Below are positions 1 to 12,273 of a DNA stretch of 56,900 nt, piece after piece (position 1 is the first letter of the stretch; each line of letters starts with the position of its first letter). This stretch comes from Prorocentrum cordatum (Eukaryota). The position numbers and the translations under genes are program-made. The notes beneath the pieces were generated by a model. It was not told the origin of the DNA. It worked only from the letters and a program-made list of their open reading frames with translations, and made no database searches. The stretch lies in contig CAUYUJ010000056.1 in the NCBI GenBank assembly GCA_963575745.1, positions 62,001 through 118,900 of the forward strand, given 5' to 3'.

Positions 1-420
1 GGAGGGCTCCAAAAGGATCTCCACGAGGGTCCCAAAAGGCGAAACTCGTCTCAATGCCTACAGACAGCGTGCATTATTTGCATGTTGCCCTCCTCGTCTT
101 CACAGCGTCCTAGGCGTCTCAAGAAGTCAGCAAGATCATTCCACAGCGAGCTAACAAACCCCCTTGATGGTCCCAAGACCGCCCAGGAGGGCCCCAATAC
201 GGCCCAAGAGGCGCACAAGACGGCCCAAGGGGACCCCAGCAGGGCCCTCAAACAGGGCCCAAAAAGGTAAGCCGCTCACTTTTCAAATCTTCCGCCCCAA
301 TGGAGCCCCCGAAACCGCAGGCAAGTGCCCAAGGGCCCCCCAAATAGGCCACAAGAAAACCCGCACATGCCCAACAGAAGTATCCATATTCCCTCGAAAT
401 GTCCCCATGAAGCTCCAAAA
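1..420 (+). repeat. Dispersed degenerate GGCCCCAAGA-rich repeat family (related tracts at ~13660-14030, ~29740-29900, ~34320-34770)
   Basis: Recurrent ggcccaag/gggccccaaga/ccaagacggccc words in all four tracts; minus-strand frames give spurious ASWAVLGPSW-type peptides. Confidence 0.6.
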
Positions 421-939
421 GGCATTACTGGTGAACATTTTACCTCTCCTGGTGGACATTCAATGCTTGCGTTCACCTCATAATCCGCCTCTTCCTGCTC
501 CAGTCCTCATCCTGTTCCTCCTCCTCCGCCGCCTCCTCCCCCTCGTCCTCCTCCATCTCTCACTTCTGCCTAGTCCTCGTGGTCTTGAGAGCGCCATGGC
601 TGTCGCATTCGTCGGGCATTTGTCGGACTCCTGGCCCCATGGTCGGGTGCTCATACGTTTCCAAGAACACGCTGCGTAGACTCTGCACTGCTTTTCAACT
701 AGTTACGACAACCACGCAAACTGCCCAAACATTGCGTTCAAGTACTTTTGTGCCAGTGTCGACCTCTTCCATGCGCGGCGACTGCGCTATTGGCCCTCGC
801 CCTCCCAAACATGTATCAACCCAACACGGCTGCAACCCATGTCGTCATGCACGCCCGTATAAACAACAGCTCGCCCTACCAATTCCTATGGGCTCCTCAC
901 CTCGTCTGGTGCTAGCGGAGTGGCGTAAGCCTCTGTAAC

Positions 940-2120
940 AAAAAACGCCACATCACTTTTGCACTCCCGCCCAGAAACACGTTTTCTCATGTCACCACGC
1001 GGTGCATCTGCGATGACCCGGCATGCGCCCAATGCACGAGCCCGTATGAAAGAACACAGTGCGGGCCACAGGCGCGCGCCGCCACGCGCACGTGCCGAGG
1101 CCCGTACCAAACGATTGGTTCTCGAAGCATTTCAAGATCGAGCTCTTTCAAACAGATATCAAAATCACCTTTGCCGAACCATCAACATTCCATGTGTATT
1201 GGACTCCTGAGCGCGCGCAGCTCTTCACCATCACCCCCATGAACGTCATCGCATCACCACCGTCATCGTCATCGCCTGTTGCCACCACCATCAGCACAAT
1301 CACCTTCATCCGACACGTGGACATCATCATCATCGTCATCGCCGTCACCAGCATCGCCGTCAGTGGCCTTGCCGTCATCATCGCCATCATCGCCACCACC
1401 ATCGCTATCATTATAATCATCGTTGCTGGCATTGTCGACATCATCATGATACCGCGCCCGCCCGCCCCACCGACCTGCACTGAAACGCCCGCGCGCCAGC
1501 GTGGCCTTTGAGACGCGCTGGGGATTCCCATAGGAAAGCGCCATCTCGGCCTCCCTTGCTGTGCCAAACCAGCTGGTCGCTCTGCGCGCGAGGGTGCGCG
1601 CGCCAGCACGGCCGCAGAAGTGAACCAGCCAGTGCCACGCAATCACTGCAATCGCGGCCGCGTGGATCGAGGGCCGGTATCGACCCGCCCACGCCATCCC
1701 TCTCAACTCACACAGCGCGCCCACGCCGGTTTATCTCAAGATACATTGTTTCGATCACCTTTGCAAAACATACCGCGAAGTCCACGCGCGCGCAAATCTC
1801 GAAATCACACCAAACACATTAGTTGTGCAAGCATTTCAATATAAAAGCCATGGGCTTCTCATCAGCCATCTTGCCGATGTTCTGCTCGCGCGCGCTGGCT
1901 GAATCATCGGAAAACCATATGAATTTCAAAATCTCGCCCAGAACCTTCATTCTCATCCCCTCAGTCGGTGCATCCGCGTTGATCGAGCATGCGCCCAGTG
2001 CACGAACCCGTATCGAATAAACCATGCGGGCCACATGCGCACGCCGCCACGCGCGCGCGTCGAAATCCGTCCAAACCCGAGCCTTTTCGAAGCATGCCAA
2101 TGTAGAGCTCGTCAATTCTC
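940..2120 (+). repeat. Degenerate interspersed repeat with internal duplication (~995-1140 vs ~1960-2105); segment ~1440-1660 related to ~13050-13190
   Basis: cggtgcatc..gcatgcgccca.tgcacga.cccgtat..gcgggccaca.gcgc.cgccgccacgcgc occurs twice; catgataccgc.cccgccc and cgcaga..tg.ac.agccag.gcca are shared with the 13.1 kb region. Confidence 0.6.
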
Positions 2121-2189
2121 CTGGCGAAGGGCCGAGCCAGAGGCAGGCCTGAGCATCGCAGGGCAGGCGGGGGCGAAGGAGGGAGGGCT

Positions 2190-2830
2190 GCCTATTCGGC
2201 CACGAAGCGTGGGACGGGTGTGCCAAAATGGGGCGGGGCCGCCATGCCGGCGCTGTCGTCGGGGCCTTCGGTGGAACTCCCTCTGGGGCCACGAAGCGTG
2301 GGCAGCCATGCTCACGCCGCCGTTGGAGCCTTCGCTGGAGCTCCAATGAGGCCACGGAAAACATGCGATATGTGTGCCAAAACAGGGCGGGGATGCCATG
2401 CGGGCCCTGTCATCGGGGCCTTCGGTGGAGTTCCCTCTGGTGCCACGACACGTGTGATGGGTGTGCCGAAATGGGGCGGGGGCACCATCCGGGCACTGCC
2501 ACCAAGACCTTTAAATGAGCTCCCAATGGGGCCACGAAGCGCGTAAAAAGGGTGTGCTGGAATGGGGCGGGACCGCCATGCGAACGCAGCTACTGGGGCC
2601 TTCGGTGGGAATTTTCATGAAGCCACGAAACGTGAGAGAGGTGTGCGGACAGGGGGCGGGACCGCCATGCAGGCGCTGCCTCTGGAACCTTCGGTGAGGA
2701 TCCTTATGGGGTCGCGAAGCGTGTGAACGGTGCGCCGACATGGGGCGGGGCCGCCATGCGAATGTAACCGCTGGGGCCTTCAAGGGGCACCCCCGTGGGG
2801 CCACGAAACGGGCGGGTGGCGTGCCAGGAT
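2190..2830 (+). repeat. Degenerate ~90-bp tandem satellite (GGGGCCACGAAGCG...GCCGAAATGGGGCGG...GGGGCCTTCGGTGGAGCTCCC family)
   Basis: ggccacgaa-like anchor recurs at about 2198, 2287, 2350, 2441, 2529, 2621, 2710, 2799; same family at 32720-33220(-) and 46540-47270(+). Confidence 0.8.
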
Positions 2831-2974
2831 GGACACGCGGACGACTGAGGTAGGGATGGGAGGAGGGGAGAAAAGAAACACAATAATAACAATAAAATAA
2901 GAAGGAATATAAGAAGACTAACACTAATACTATTCAGGAGAAGAAAAGAAACATAAACACATTCGAATACTTAG

Positions 2975-3520
2975 AGCACCGCAGATGCGGATAAGAGTGA
3001 GGGGGCGGTGGGGACGTCGGCAGTCTGCGAGACTTTGTAAAAGCCCGCCGCAGGCGCCACAATTTCACAAATCATGCAACGGGCCCGCCGCAAGTGCTTA
3101 ATATTTTCGTTAAACCAATGTGGGTAGATCGCGGGTGGGTCGCGGGTGGGTCCCGGGTGGGTCGCGGGTGGGTCGCTGGGTGGGTCGCTGGTGGGTTGCC
3201 GGGTGGGTTGCCGGGTGGGTCGCGGGTGGGTCGCGGGGTGGGTCGCGGGTGGGTCGCGGGTGGGTCGTGGGGTGGCTCGTGAGGTGGCTCGCGAGGTGGG
3301 TCGCGAGGTGGGTCGCGAGGTGGGTCGCGGGTGGGTCGCGGGTGGGTTGCGGGTGGGTCGCAGGGTGGGTCGCGGGCGGGTCGCGGGTGGGACGACGACA
3401 ACAAACAACAACAACGCAATAACGCAACAACGCAACAAGCAGACTCCTCACCACGGATCCCCACTTCAGCCACGCACCCAGGGACAATGAATGACCGCTC
3501 GGCCCCCTCACTCTGACTAG
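2975..3520 (-). mobile_element. Non-autonomous Helentron/DINE-1-like (HINE) element carrying an 11-bp satellite
   Basis: Perfect 13-bp subterminal inverted repeats AGAGTGAGGGGGC (2994-3006) / GCCCCCTCACTCT (3502-3514); palindrome CCGCAGATGCGG (2979-2990) outside one subTIR; short inner IR (agggac ~3480) near the other; central (GGGTCGCGGGT)n and an AAC microsatellite. Confidence 0.6.
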
Positions 3521-3589
3521 TAATAATATGAGTCATAATGCTAATAATTCAAAAGCACTGTTTTATAACAGTGATTGTGAAGAACGTAA

Positions 3590-4037
3590 CACCCCGCATA
3601 TGCGGATGAGAGTGATGGGGGCGGGGGGGAAGTCGGCAGTCTGCGAGACTTTGTACAAGCCCGCCGCAGGCGCCACACTTTCACAAATCATACAACGAGC
3701 CCGCCGCAGGTGCCGATTTTTCCGTTAAAACAATGTGGGTTGGTGGCAGGTGGGTCGCGGGTGGGTCCCGGGTGGGTCGCGGGTGGGTCGCGGGTGGGTC
3801 GCGGGGTGGGTCGCGGGTGGGTCGGCGGGTGGGTCGAGGGTGGGTCGCGGGGGTCGCTGGGTGGGTCGCGGGTGGATCGCGGGTTGGTCGCGGGTGGGTC
3901 GCGGGTGGGTCGCGGGTGGGTCGCGGGTTGGGTCGCGGGTGGGTCGCGGGGTGGGTCGCGGGGTGGGTCGCGGGGTGGGTCGCGGAATGGATCGCGGGGC
4001 GGGTCGCGGGCGGGTCGCGGGTGGGACGACGACAACG

Positions 4038-4076
<39 letters not shown>

Positions 4077-4165
4077 CATTTTACCCGAACGCGTGGTGTT
4101 CTCCCCAGTGCCAGGGTTTTCATACGACACCAGGCAATACCCCCACTTCGTGGGGGGGCATTACA
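3590..4165 (-). mobile_element. Second tandem copy of the same element body with a different opposite terminus
   Basis: 3594-3740 is near-identical to 2979-3125 (palindrome CCGCATATGCGG, AGAGTGATGGGGGC); 11-bp satellite 3750-4025; (AAC)n; ends in hairpin CCCCCAC-TTC-GTGGGGG (4140-4156). Confidence 0.6.
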
Positions 4166-5035
4166 AGCTCTACCAAATATCCAAACGACTCTTCGCGACC
4201 ACCCAAACCCAGCTTCCCGCCCTATGACGTTGGGACACTTCACTTCGTGGCGTGCGGACGACCGTGGCTACTACACTGGCGTGGGGTACACACCCACAGA
4301 ACTTGGTCACTTATTCGGGGCGCGCATGTGCCCAGCATGGTGCAATTGTGCCATACAATACATAATACAGAGAGACAGAGAGAGAGACAGAGAGCAGACA
4401 GAGAGAGAGACAGAGAGAGCGGAGTTGGTCACATTTTTGGGTCATTCGTGGATTTTATGATGGGAATAAAATCTGTTACAGAACCCAATGGTTTTTGGAG
4501 ATTTCGGCGTGCGCGCGCGAAGAAAAAACGAATGTGTCCCGCATGGTATTATTTGACAGGGATGATGGCCCTGGCAGGTGCGCAACCGTTGTCGCAGAAG
4601 TTCGAAAAAGTTGCTCGCAAAAGCCCGTTTGACAGAAATGTTTAAAAAGTGTTGGGTTTCCTACGAATCCGCAAGAGCGCGCGGGATGAGATTTTGACAT
4701 TTTTTTGTTGAAAAACCATTGGTTTTTTGATGTTTTTATGTTAAAATCGCTCCGAACACTAAGCTTTTGGAAGGATTTCGTCTTGCGCGCGCGAATGTCC
4801 ACTTTACCTTATTTTTTGCAAGGGATTCTTGAAATTTGATTATAGTAGAACAAGAAATGTCATGTATAGTGTTTTTTGCAAGGGAAAACGGATTACAACA
4901 AAACAACCTGATCTGGATGACATCGAATTACCTGAGGCTTCCTCACGAAAATGATGAAAACGTGGCTGCGGCCTAGGCGCGGCGGGGGGGGCGCGCACCA
5001 GGGGGCCCAACAATAATTATTCTTTAGAATTAATA

Positions 5036-5140
5036 ATGTTCAACAACAGCAACAACAACAACAACAACAGCAACAGCAACAGCAACAACAACAGCAACAG
5101 CAACCGCAACCGCAACCGCAACCGCAACCGCAACAACAAC

Positions 5141-5171
<31 letters not shown>

Positions 5172-5210
5172 CCAATACCAACACCAACACCACCACCAAC
5201 AACAACAATC
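5036..5210 (+). repeat. (AAC)n/(AACCGC)n/(ACC)n compound microsatellite
   Basis: Direct reading. Confidence 0.95.
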
Positions 5211-5539
5211 ATCGTAATATTGTTCGCTCTTACTTGCCCGTGTGTCATTCAAAACGAGTTCCCCACACCCTCGATACCCAGCCTTTTTGTCTTCGATCAC
5301 GCACCCTTTGGGGGGATTATTTCTCTTTGCGGGGTGCGGCGGGTTTAGACAGGCGGGCAAACCTGAACGGGCGGACGGTCCTTCGTGGGCGCACATGCGC
5401 CCGCCATTGGAATTGGTGTGGGCCCTGCAAAAAAGGGGGGAAAACGAGGGAGAGTGGGAGGAAGGGAGTGGGAGGGACGAAGGAAGAGGTAAAACGCCAG
5501 GAGAAAAGGAGCGAAGAGGAGGCCGGTTGATTAAAGGCA

Positions 5540-5576
5540 GAGAGAGAGAGAACAAAGATATGTATATATATATAGA

Positions 5577-5654
<78 letters not shown>

Positions 5655-5870
5655 AAGGAACACAAAACATATAAGTGAGGTAGAAAGAGAGAGAGAGAGA
5701 GGGGGAGAGAGATTAATAAAGAGGGGGGGAGGAGGCAGGAAAGGGGAGGGAGACTGGAGGAGGGAGAGGAGGGAGAGGGGATAGGGCAGAGAGGCATAAG
5801 GATGAGGAAGGAGAGGAAGGAGAGAAAAGGGAGGAGAGGAGGGAGGAGGGAGAGGGAAGAGGAGCAGGCA
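5540..5870 (+). repeat. (GA)n microsatellite and purine-rich tract
   Basis: Direct reading. Confidence 0.95.
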
Positions 5871-6159
5871 GGTGAGAGCGTGAACTTGCGAGGAAGTCCT
5901 AGGCGAAAGCGCCGTTCCTGAAGGAAGCCTCGGGCGGGAACCCACGACGGGCGGGCGATCCCCTGACGGGCGGGTCGGGCGGGTGGGACATTCAAGCGGG
6001 ATGCTTGGGTATGGCGAGAGCGCGATTACAAAGTAAGTTGTAACGGCGTCCTTGGCGCAGCGTGTTTCCTGAGGGTCGAAAGCGCGATTTCTGAATACAT
6101 TGCATGGAAATCACAAGCGAGAGCACAATTCCTGCATAAAACGTAAGGGGTTCTCTGAC

Positions 6160-6390
6160 GGGAGCGAGGGCTTTGATTAAATTGCGAGGGGACCTTGACT
6201 CAAGTGCGAGGAAGTCTCAAGCGGGAGCGCCGTTCCTGAGTAAATTGTGGGGACGTCTCAGATGGGAGCGGGGGCCCTGACTAAATTGCGAGGAAGTCAC
6301 AGGCGGGAGCACCGATCATGAGTAAATTGTGAGGAAATCTCAGGAGCGGTGGTCCTGAGTGAATTTGGAGGAACTCTCAGGCGGAAGCCG
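6160..6390 (+). repeat. Degenerate ~40-bp tandem repeat (aaattgcgaggaagtctcaggcgggagcgccgttcctgagt)
   Basis: About 5-6 imperfect units; a further unit at ~5883-5920. Confidence 0.7.
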
Positions 6391-6544
6391 TTGTTGTTGT
6401 AATACGGGGGGCCGAGGGCCCAGTTTGAGCAGGAAGACTTCCCCTGTCAAAAAACAGGGTGCGAGCGTCGAGGGGCACACTTTGATTGAAAAACAAATAT
6501 GCACCGGTGAGGGGGGATCAACAATAATTATTCTTCAGAATTGG

Positions 6545-6705
6545 AGTTCAACAACAACGACAACCCCAACCCCAACCCCAACAACAACGCAACAACGCAA
6601 CGAAGCAACAATGCAACAACGCAGCAAGCAAAATCCCCACCACGGATCCCCACTTCAGCCACGCACCGAGGGACAATGAATGACCGCTCGTCCCCCTCAC
6701 TCTGA
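6545..6705 (-). mobile_element. Second copy of the subTIR/hairpin terminus seen at 3410-3515
   Basis: caccacggatccccacttcagccacgcacc.agggacaatgaatgaccgctcg.ccccctcactctga is nearly identical to 3449-3516; GAGGGAC...GTCCC hairpin; preceded by an AAC-rich tract. Confidence 0.8.
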
Positions 6706-8499
6706 TTAAATGTAACCAGAATAGTGATCCGCGAAGAAGAGAAAATCCCACGAGACCGCAGATCCTGCCTCGGGCGGGAATGCGCCAGGAGCCGCGGCCC
6801 CCAGCGCGCGCGCCGAGCGGCGGCACGCCACTCCCTCAGGGAACCGAAGTCGTCGATGTGCGTCAGGTCCATTAGATGCAGGCCACGTCCACCAATTACC
6901 TGGAAGCGCCACTACTGCGCCTTCGCACAGTAGAACAGCACCCTTGCCACCGAGGGAGAAGCTGGGGTCAGCGCTGTTGGCGCCTCCGCGCATCGCGGGC
7001 GGCCCGCGAACGCGCGGCTCAACAGCGGCGCCAGACCCGCGAGGACACGCGCAGCGCCAGGCAGCTGTCTCTACACTGCTCAGGCACCGAAGCGCCCGAG
7101 CGATACCAAACCCGCTGCCTGGCCGCGCGCGCCGCCGGGCTGCCCCCGCGCGTTCGCCTCTGGCCTCCTTCCACACGTCTAACATGAGGTGGGGGGCGAA
7201 TTAAATTAATCAACTTGCTGGCGACGACAAAACCGAGACCAAATCGTTCATTGCGAATCCGTGTCCGTGCGAAGTCCCGACCCCCACGCGACGACGAGCT
7301 GGGCGCCCCCGCTGCCCGCTCTCTGGCGATTTCAAGCTCGCCCGGGCAAAGCGCCAAGACGAGGGGCGCCATCTGCGGCGACGAAAGCCCGCTGAGGCCC
7401 AGGGACATATTTGCTCTATCAGCGCGCTCTCGGGCGATCTTCCCTTCTGCTTTGACCCGTTCCTACAGCGCCGCCATCTTCGCGTCGCGCGCGCAGGGGC
7501 CGCTCGGACTGGCTCTCGCGGTAGTTGCGTCGAGCTGCAGCGGGCCCCGCGGGATCTGCAGCTGGCGCTTGAAAGGGGGATCACCCGGGTGACTCCAAAC
7601 TAAGACCCATGGAGGCCCAACCGGAAAGAAAAAAAAAAAAGCGGCGCGCCGAAGAACCCAGGGGGTCCGGTTTCCGCGGAGGAAAGAAAAAAACCCTGGC
7701 GATGGGGTTCGAGCACGGGGGTTACCCCCCCCCTCAAATTCCGGAAGAGGAATGAACTCCCAGCCGCGGGGGTGCCCGCGCGAGGGGTCCCACCCCCCCA
7801 AGCGCAACCAGAGGAAGAAAAGCGTGAGAGCCGAGACTGTAAGTGCAATGCAACAACACCTTAATCGCGGTTGCACTAGGGATTTGTATTAGTACGGGAA
7901 CAACTGAATTACAGCCGGTGAGGTTTGGGTTCGGGTTCGGGCTTATATATTGGGAACCCAGTATATTGGAAACGCAATATATTGGAAACTCAATATATTG
8001 GAAACTCAAGTACGAGTTGTACGGTAGTCGGAGGGGTTCAGGGGTTCCAACGGCAACGCGCGCGGGGAAGAAGGAAAGAAATCCATGCGCCGCCAGGGGT
8101 CCCGGGTTTAACGGGTCGCCGCGAAGGTTGACCCCCCGCGGAAAGAAGAAAAGAAATCCGGCCGGGGGGCTGGGGGGTTGAGGGATGAGTCACGGGGGCG
8201 ATAAAGGGGGCGTGATGGCGTAGATGCGCCGCGCCACCTTCTCGCGCGGCCCGATGACCTTCCCCGGGTCGACGCGGCGCCTCTGGCCCTTTGGTAGTCG
8301 GCCTCGCGCGCGCCCCCCTGAGCTTCAGCTCGCGCCTTTGCCGCGGCCCGAGCTCCGCAGCCCGTGCGCGCGGGCGCGGGCGCGGGCTGGCACGCCGCTC
8401 AAACCGCCTTTCTGGCAGCTGGCACGCGCGCGGCGCCAAAGGCTGCTCGAGAAAAACCCGGAGGAAACCAGGCGCGCCGAGAAACAGCTGAGTTAGTCG

Positions 8500-11313
8500 C
8501 CCCCGTCTTGCCGCCGCCGAAGGCACTTGGAACGCCGCTGCCACATGTCGGCGCCCCGCCAGTCAGGCCAGTTGTCCTTCCTCGTGGCCTCGAAGCGCTT
8601 GAAGACCAGAGAGCGACGCTGCCGCCGTTCCTCCGTCCGGTCGCACGCGGGTAGCCATCAGCTGCGCCAGCCCCCCTCGGAGCTTCTGCCCCACCACCAC
8701 CCCAGGCGTCGCGGGGAGGTTCAAGGTGTCTTGCAGATTCTACCTTGGCACGCTGATCCGCGCGGGGGCTGCCGTCAATTAACGCCTGGGTCGCCCCGTC
8801 TAGCCTCGCTCACTCCTCGGCAGATCGGTGGGTTCAACGTGTCGGACGCCCTGAATGCGACATTGACCTGGCATGCTCTGGACGAAGGCGAAGACTCCGC
8901 CGCGCCTCAAAATGACCGACAACTGCTTTTCTTCACCCATGTTTAAAGCATTCGCCGCGCCAGTGAAATCCGCGCGCGCCACTGCTGGTCTGCTGGCTCA
9001 ATGCCAAGTGAAAGCGACAGAGAAGTCACCCCCGCCATCGCTGATGTCCACTGTAGCGCGCATGGCCCTGGAAGGTGCCCTGCTGCGCGGGCCCGTGAGA
9101 GTGGCCGACCGACCAGCCCATCTGAAACTCCAGTGGGAGAGGTCCGGAGCCAGTCGATCACGAATGCGATCTGCCGCGCGCGACGTTGGCGCCCAGCGCG
9201 GCGATGGCCACGCTGGCAGGGTCGGGCGCAACTTCTCCAGAGCAGTCCACTGCGCGTGCCAGCGGCCCCGGGGCCGTCGGCGGGATGCGATCGCCCGCGC
9301 CAGGTCCGCCGATATTTCTTTCACCAGACTGAAAGCTCCAGAGCTCATCGCTTAGAAGCCGACCACGGTGTTCGCCGATCGGGCCCTGCGCGTCATTGCC
9401 TTGGGCACCGCCGGCGATGCCTGCGCGCGAGCTGCAAAACTGGTTGCGCCCGCCCCTGCTGCCGCCGCGTTCCAGTCGCCGCCTATGATTGCTGATAATT
9501 GCCGCCCTGCTATCGCCAATCCAATAATCGTCGAAATCTTCGCCTTCCTCGAAGACATGCCCTCGCCCGCGCGCAGGCGCAAGTTGAAGCTTTTGAATTG
9601 TTGACCGGGTTCCATCATGGAACTTCGACGCAGGTCTCAAGGGGCCACGCAACACAACTGCCAACCTCGCGAAAAGTGTCAATCCAGCCGAAGGGGTCTT
9701 GCCGGCAGCGGGCGCGCCCAGCGCTGCGATCACTTGTCTCTTGCTGTTGGCCGCCCATGATGGCGGCGCTTCGCATTCCCATTATGGTGCCCAATCTCAT
9801 GCGCCATCGCGACATGCGTCTTTGTCTGACTGAGCCTCTTCTTTAGCGCGAGCTTGCCCTGGCTGGCGTCATATATTTCTACGCAGCGCGCGCCCAGGGC
9901 CTCTGTTGGCGCCGGTGGAACACGCGAGATACCCTGCCGCCCCTGCAGCCCACCTACCAGCGGGCGATGGCCAGCCGCCTGCTTCGAATTACCCGCCAGG
10001 CGGCTCGGCCCCACTGCTCACTCTGCGATGGTGGGTGCTCTGGACGTTCTGCGCCATCCCCTCGCGCTTCTGACGGGCGACGGCAGGCATGTCGGGCCCA
10101 GCGCGCAGCTGTGAGCAGAGCTGATCGGCCTCCACAACCTCCCACAAGAACCCTCTGCTACGCTGCTCTCCAGCTCGCTCATCTTCAGGGGCTGGGACTG
10201 ATTCGGCCTCGACGCCACCCTCGTTCCCAGTGGGTCCATCATCAAGAGTGGCGGCATGCTGCGCAGCAGGAGCAAGGAGCAGGGCCCGCAGACCTCCTGC
10301 ACCACGTCGAACCTAGGATCCGCCATGCCGCCGGTGCAGGAGTTGAAGAGCTGAGGGCGTCCCTTGACGCCATTGCTGCTCTGATCGGGGGCGGGCGCCT
10401 CTTCTGGTAGGTTCGACATATCAGAATTAACACTGCCATGGAACTTGTTCGCCTGCCCGCCGATCTTCGCCGCGAGAGCCCCGGCCTCCCTCTCCTCTGC
10501 CTCGACGAGCGCCGCGCGGCCCGCATGTCCTCCTGAATGTTCGCTCAACGCCGCTAAAAGCTCTCCATCTCCACCTTTGCCTTGCGAAACTGCACTCGGG
10601 CCTTCTCCAACTTCTGGGTGATCCGCTTGCGTGCAACAGCTGGGGCGCACATCTCTCGCGCGTGCAAGCGTGGGCCCTTGACCTTGGGATTGCGCGCCGC
10701 CGCGGCGTCGGTCTCTCCAAAGTCTGCGAAGAAGTCCTCGATGGACCTCTCATAACCGTTGATATTGTTCTGGAGATCGGCGCGCAAGAAGAAGGCCCAC
10801 GGCGCGTCGCGCTACCTTTGGGCCACGCCGTCGACGTCCATGCTGTCTTGCCCCCCACTCTTGAGCTTCGCGATTGCCTCGGCCGCGCGCATGGGCTCAC
10901 CCCGCAGATGCTTGACCTCCTTGGGCCAGGTGCCCCAGGGAGCTGCCCTCTGACGCAAACCCGCTCCACCCGCCGATCTGGGTGCTGGCTGAGCAGCTGC
11001 TGCAGCGCCCTGAGCTGCGAGGCCCTCTCGTTTCGCCCGCGCGAGAGCGCGTGGTGGCGCTCCTTGACCGCGGCGACAGACCACTGTGAACGCCCAGTTC
11101 GTACTTCACACAATGTGGACATCCCCAACGAAGCGGCTTCCCTCCACGCAGCGCCCGCGGAAGCCCCTTCGGCGGCGGCGCTGCGACTGCGAATTGCAAC
11201 TTCCCGAAAGAAAACTCAGCCAGCGCGCGCGGGCGCGAGAACTGGCATTGGATCCGAGGAACCCACGCGCCCCCTCGTGGAGCAGCGCACGTCGAAAGCC
11301 GGGGCGGCCACGG
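8500..11313 (-). pseudogene. Heavily decayed non-LTR (LINE-like) retrotransposon: ORF1-like coiled-coil fragments (~10020-11100) and APE endonuclease fragments (~9160-9900)
   Basis: IIGGDWN (APE GDFN motif) in 9352-9618; THVAMAHE resembles the APE QE motif; helical fragment ITQKLEKARVQFRKAKVEME; many stops and frameshifts; no RT motif recognised; boundaries approximate. Confidence 0.5.
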
Positions 11314-12273
11314 CGGGGGGAGGAGGGGGCGGGGGGGGAAGGCGAGGTGGAACGCAACGTTGCGGGCTCAAACCGAAGACTCAACACAACAGGAACGGGC
11401 GGAAAGAACACAGGTGAGAACCCAGTTCTTGTCGACAAGTCTGTGGCGCTTCTTGAACTTCTGCGCGGGCGCACCTCCTTATCGCCCATATTATGGTCAG
11501 CGTCGCCATTTCCGTCGTCGCCGTCAGAATCATCGCCGTCGTCGGGGTCGGGGCCGCCGCCGTCGCCGCCGCCGTCGGCGGCGGCGGCGTCGCCCTCGTC
11601 CTCGCCGACGTTCTGCGCGCAGGCACTTCGTCATCATCGCCATCGGCATCGCCCTTCGTCTTTATCGCCAGCGTCATCGTTGCCGCCGCCATCATCATCG
11701 CCATCAGTTTCATCGCCTTCAACATGATCGTTGTCGCCATCGCGTATTTCCAGTGTCCACTGCCCTCGTCACTGGCATTGGGATCATCGCCGCTATCATC
11801 TCCATCGTCGCTGGCGTCGTGGTCAGCGCCGTCGCCATCGCCGTTGTGCAACCTGCATCGCGGACTTGTCTGCGCGGTTGAGCCCCCTGCGCCCGCGCGC
11901 CTGTCGAGAGGGGGGCCGCGCTAATTGCGTCGACGAGCTACGGGTGGGGGGCAGGATGTTTTCACGAGCGCTGGAGTTGAAGACTTCAAGTTCTCCATGC
12001 TCAATTGCGCCGCATGGCTGGCATCGCGTAGCTTGCGCCGCATCGGTTCCCCTGTCTACGAGACAATAAATTCTACCCCCCCGCCCTGGGGTTGCGGACT
12101 CACCGGGAACCGATGCAAAACATAGGATTCTGACTCAACGTCCGTCCGACCTGTGAATTCAATGACTATCCCAGCCAGGCCGGCATCGGTCCCCCCGCAA
12201 TCCCTCGCAAAAAACTACGAGCGCACTCGATTATCAAACAGTCATCTGTTTTCGAGAGTCCCCGTCGGAAAAA

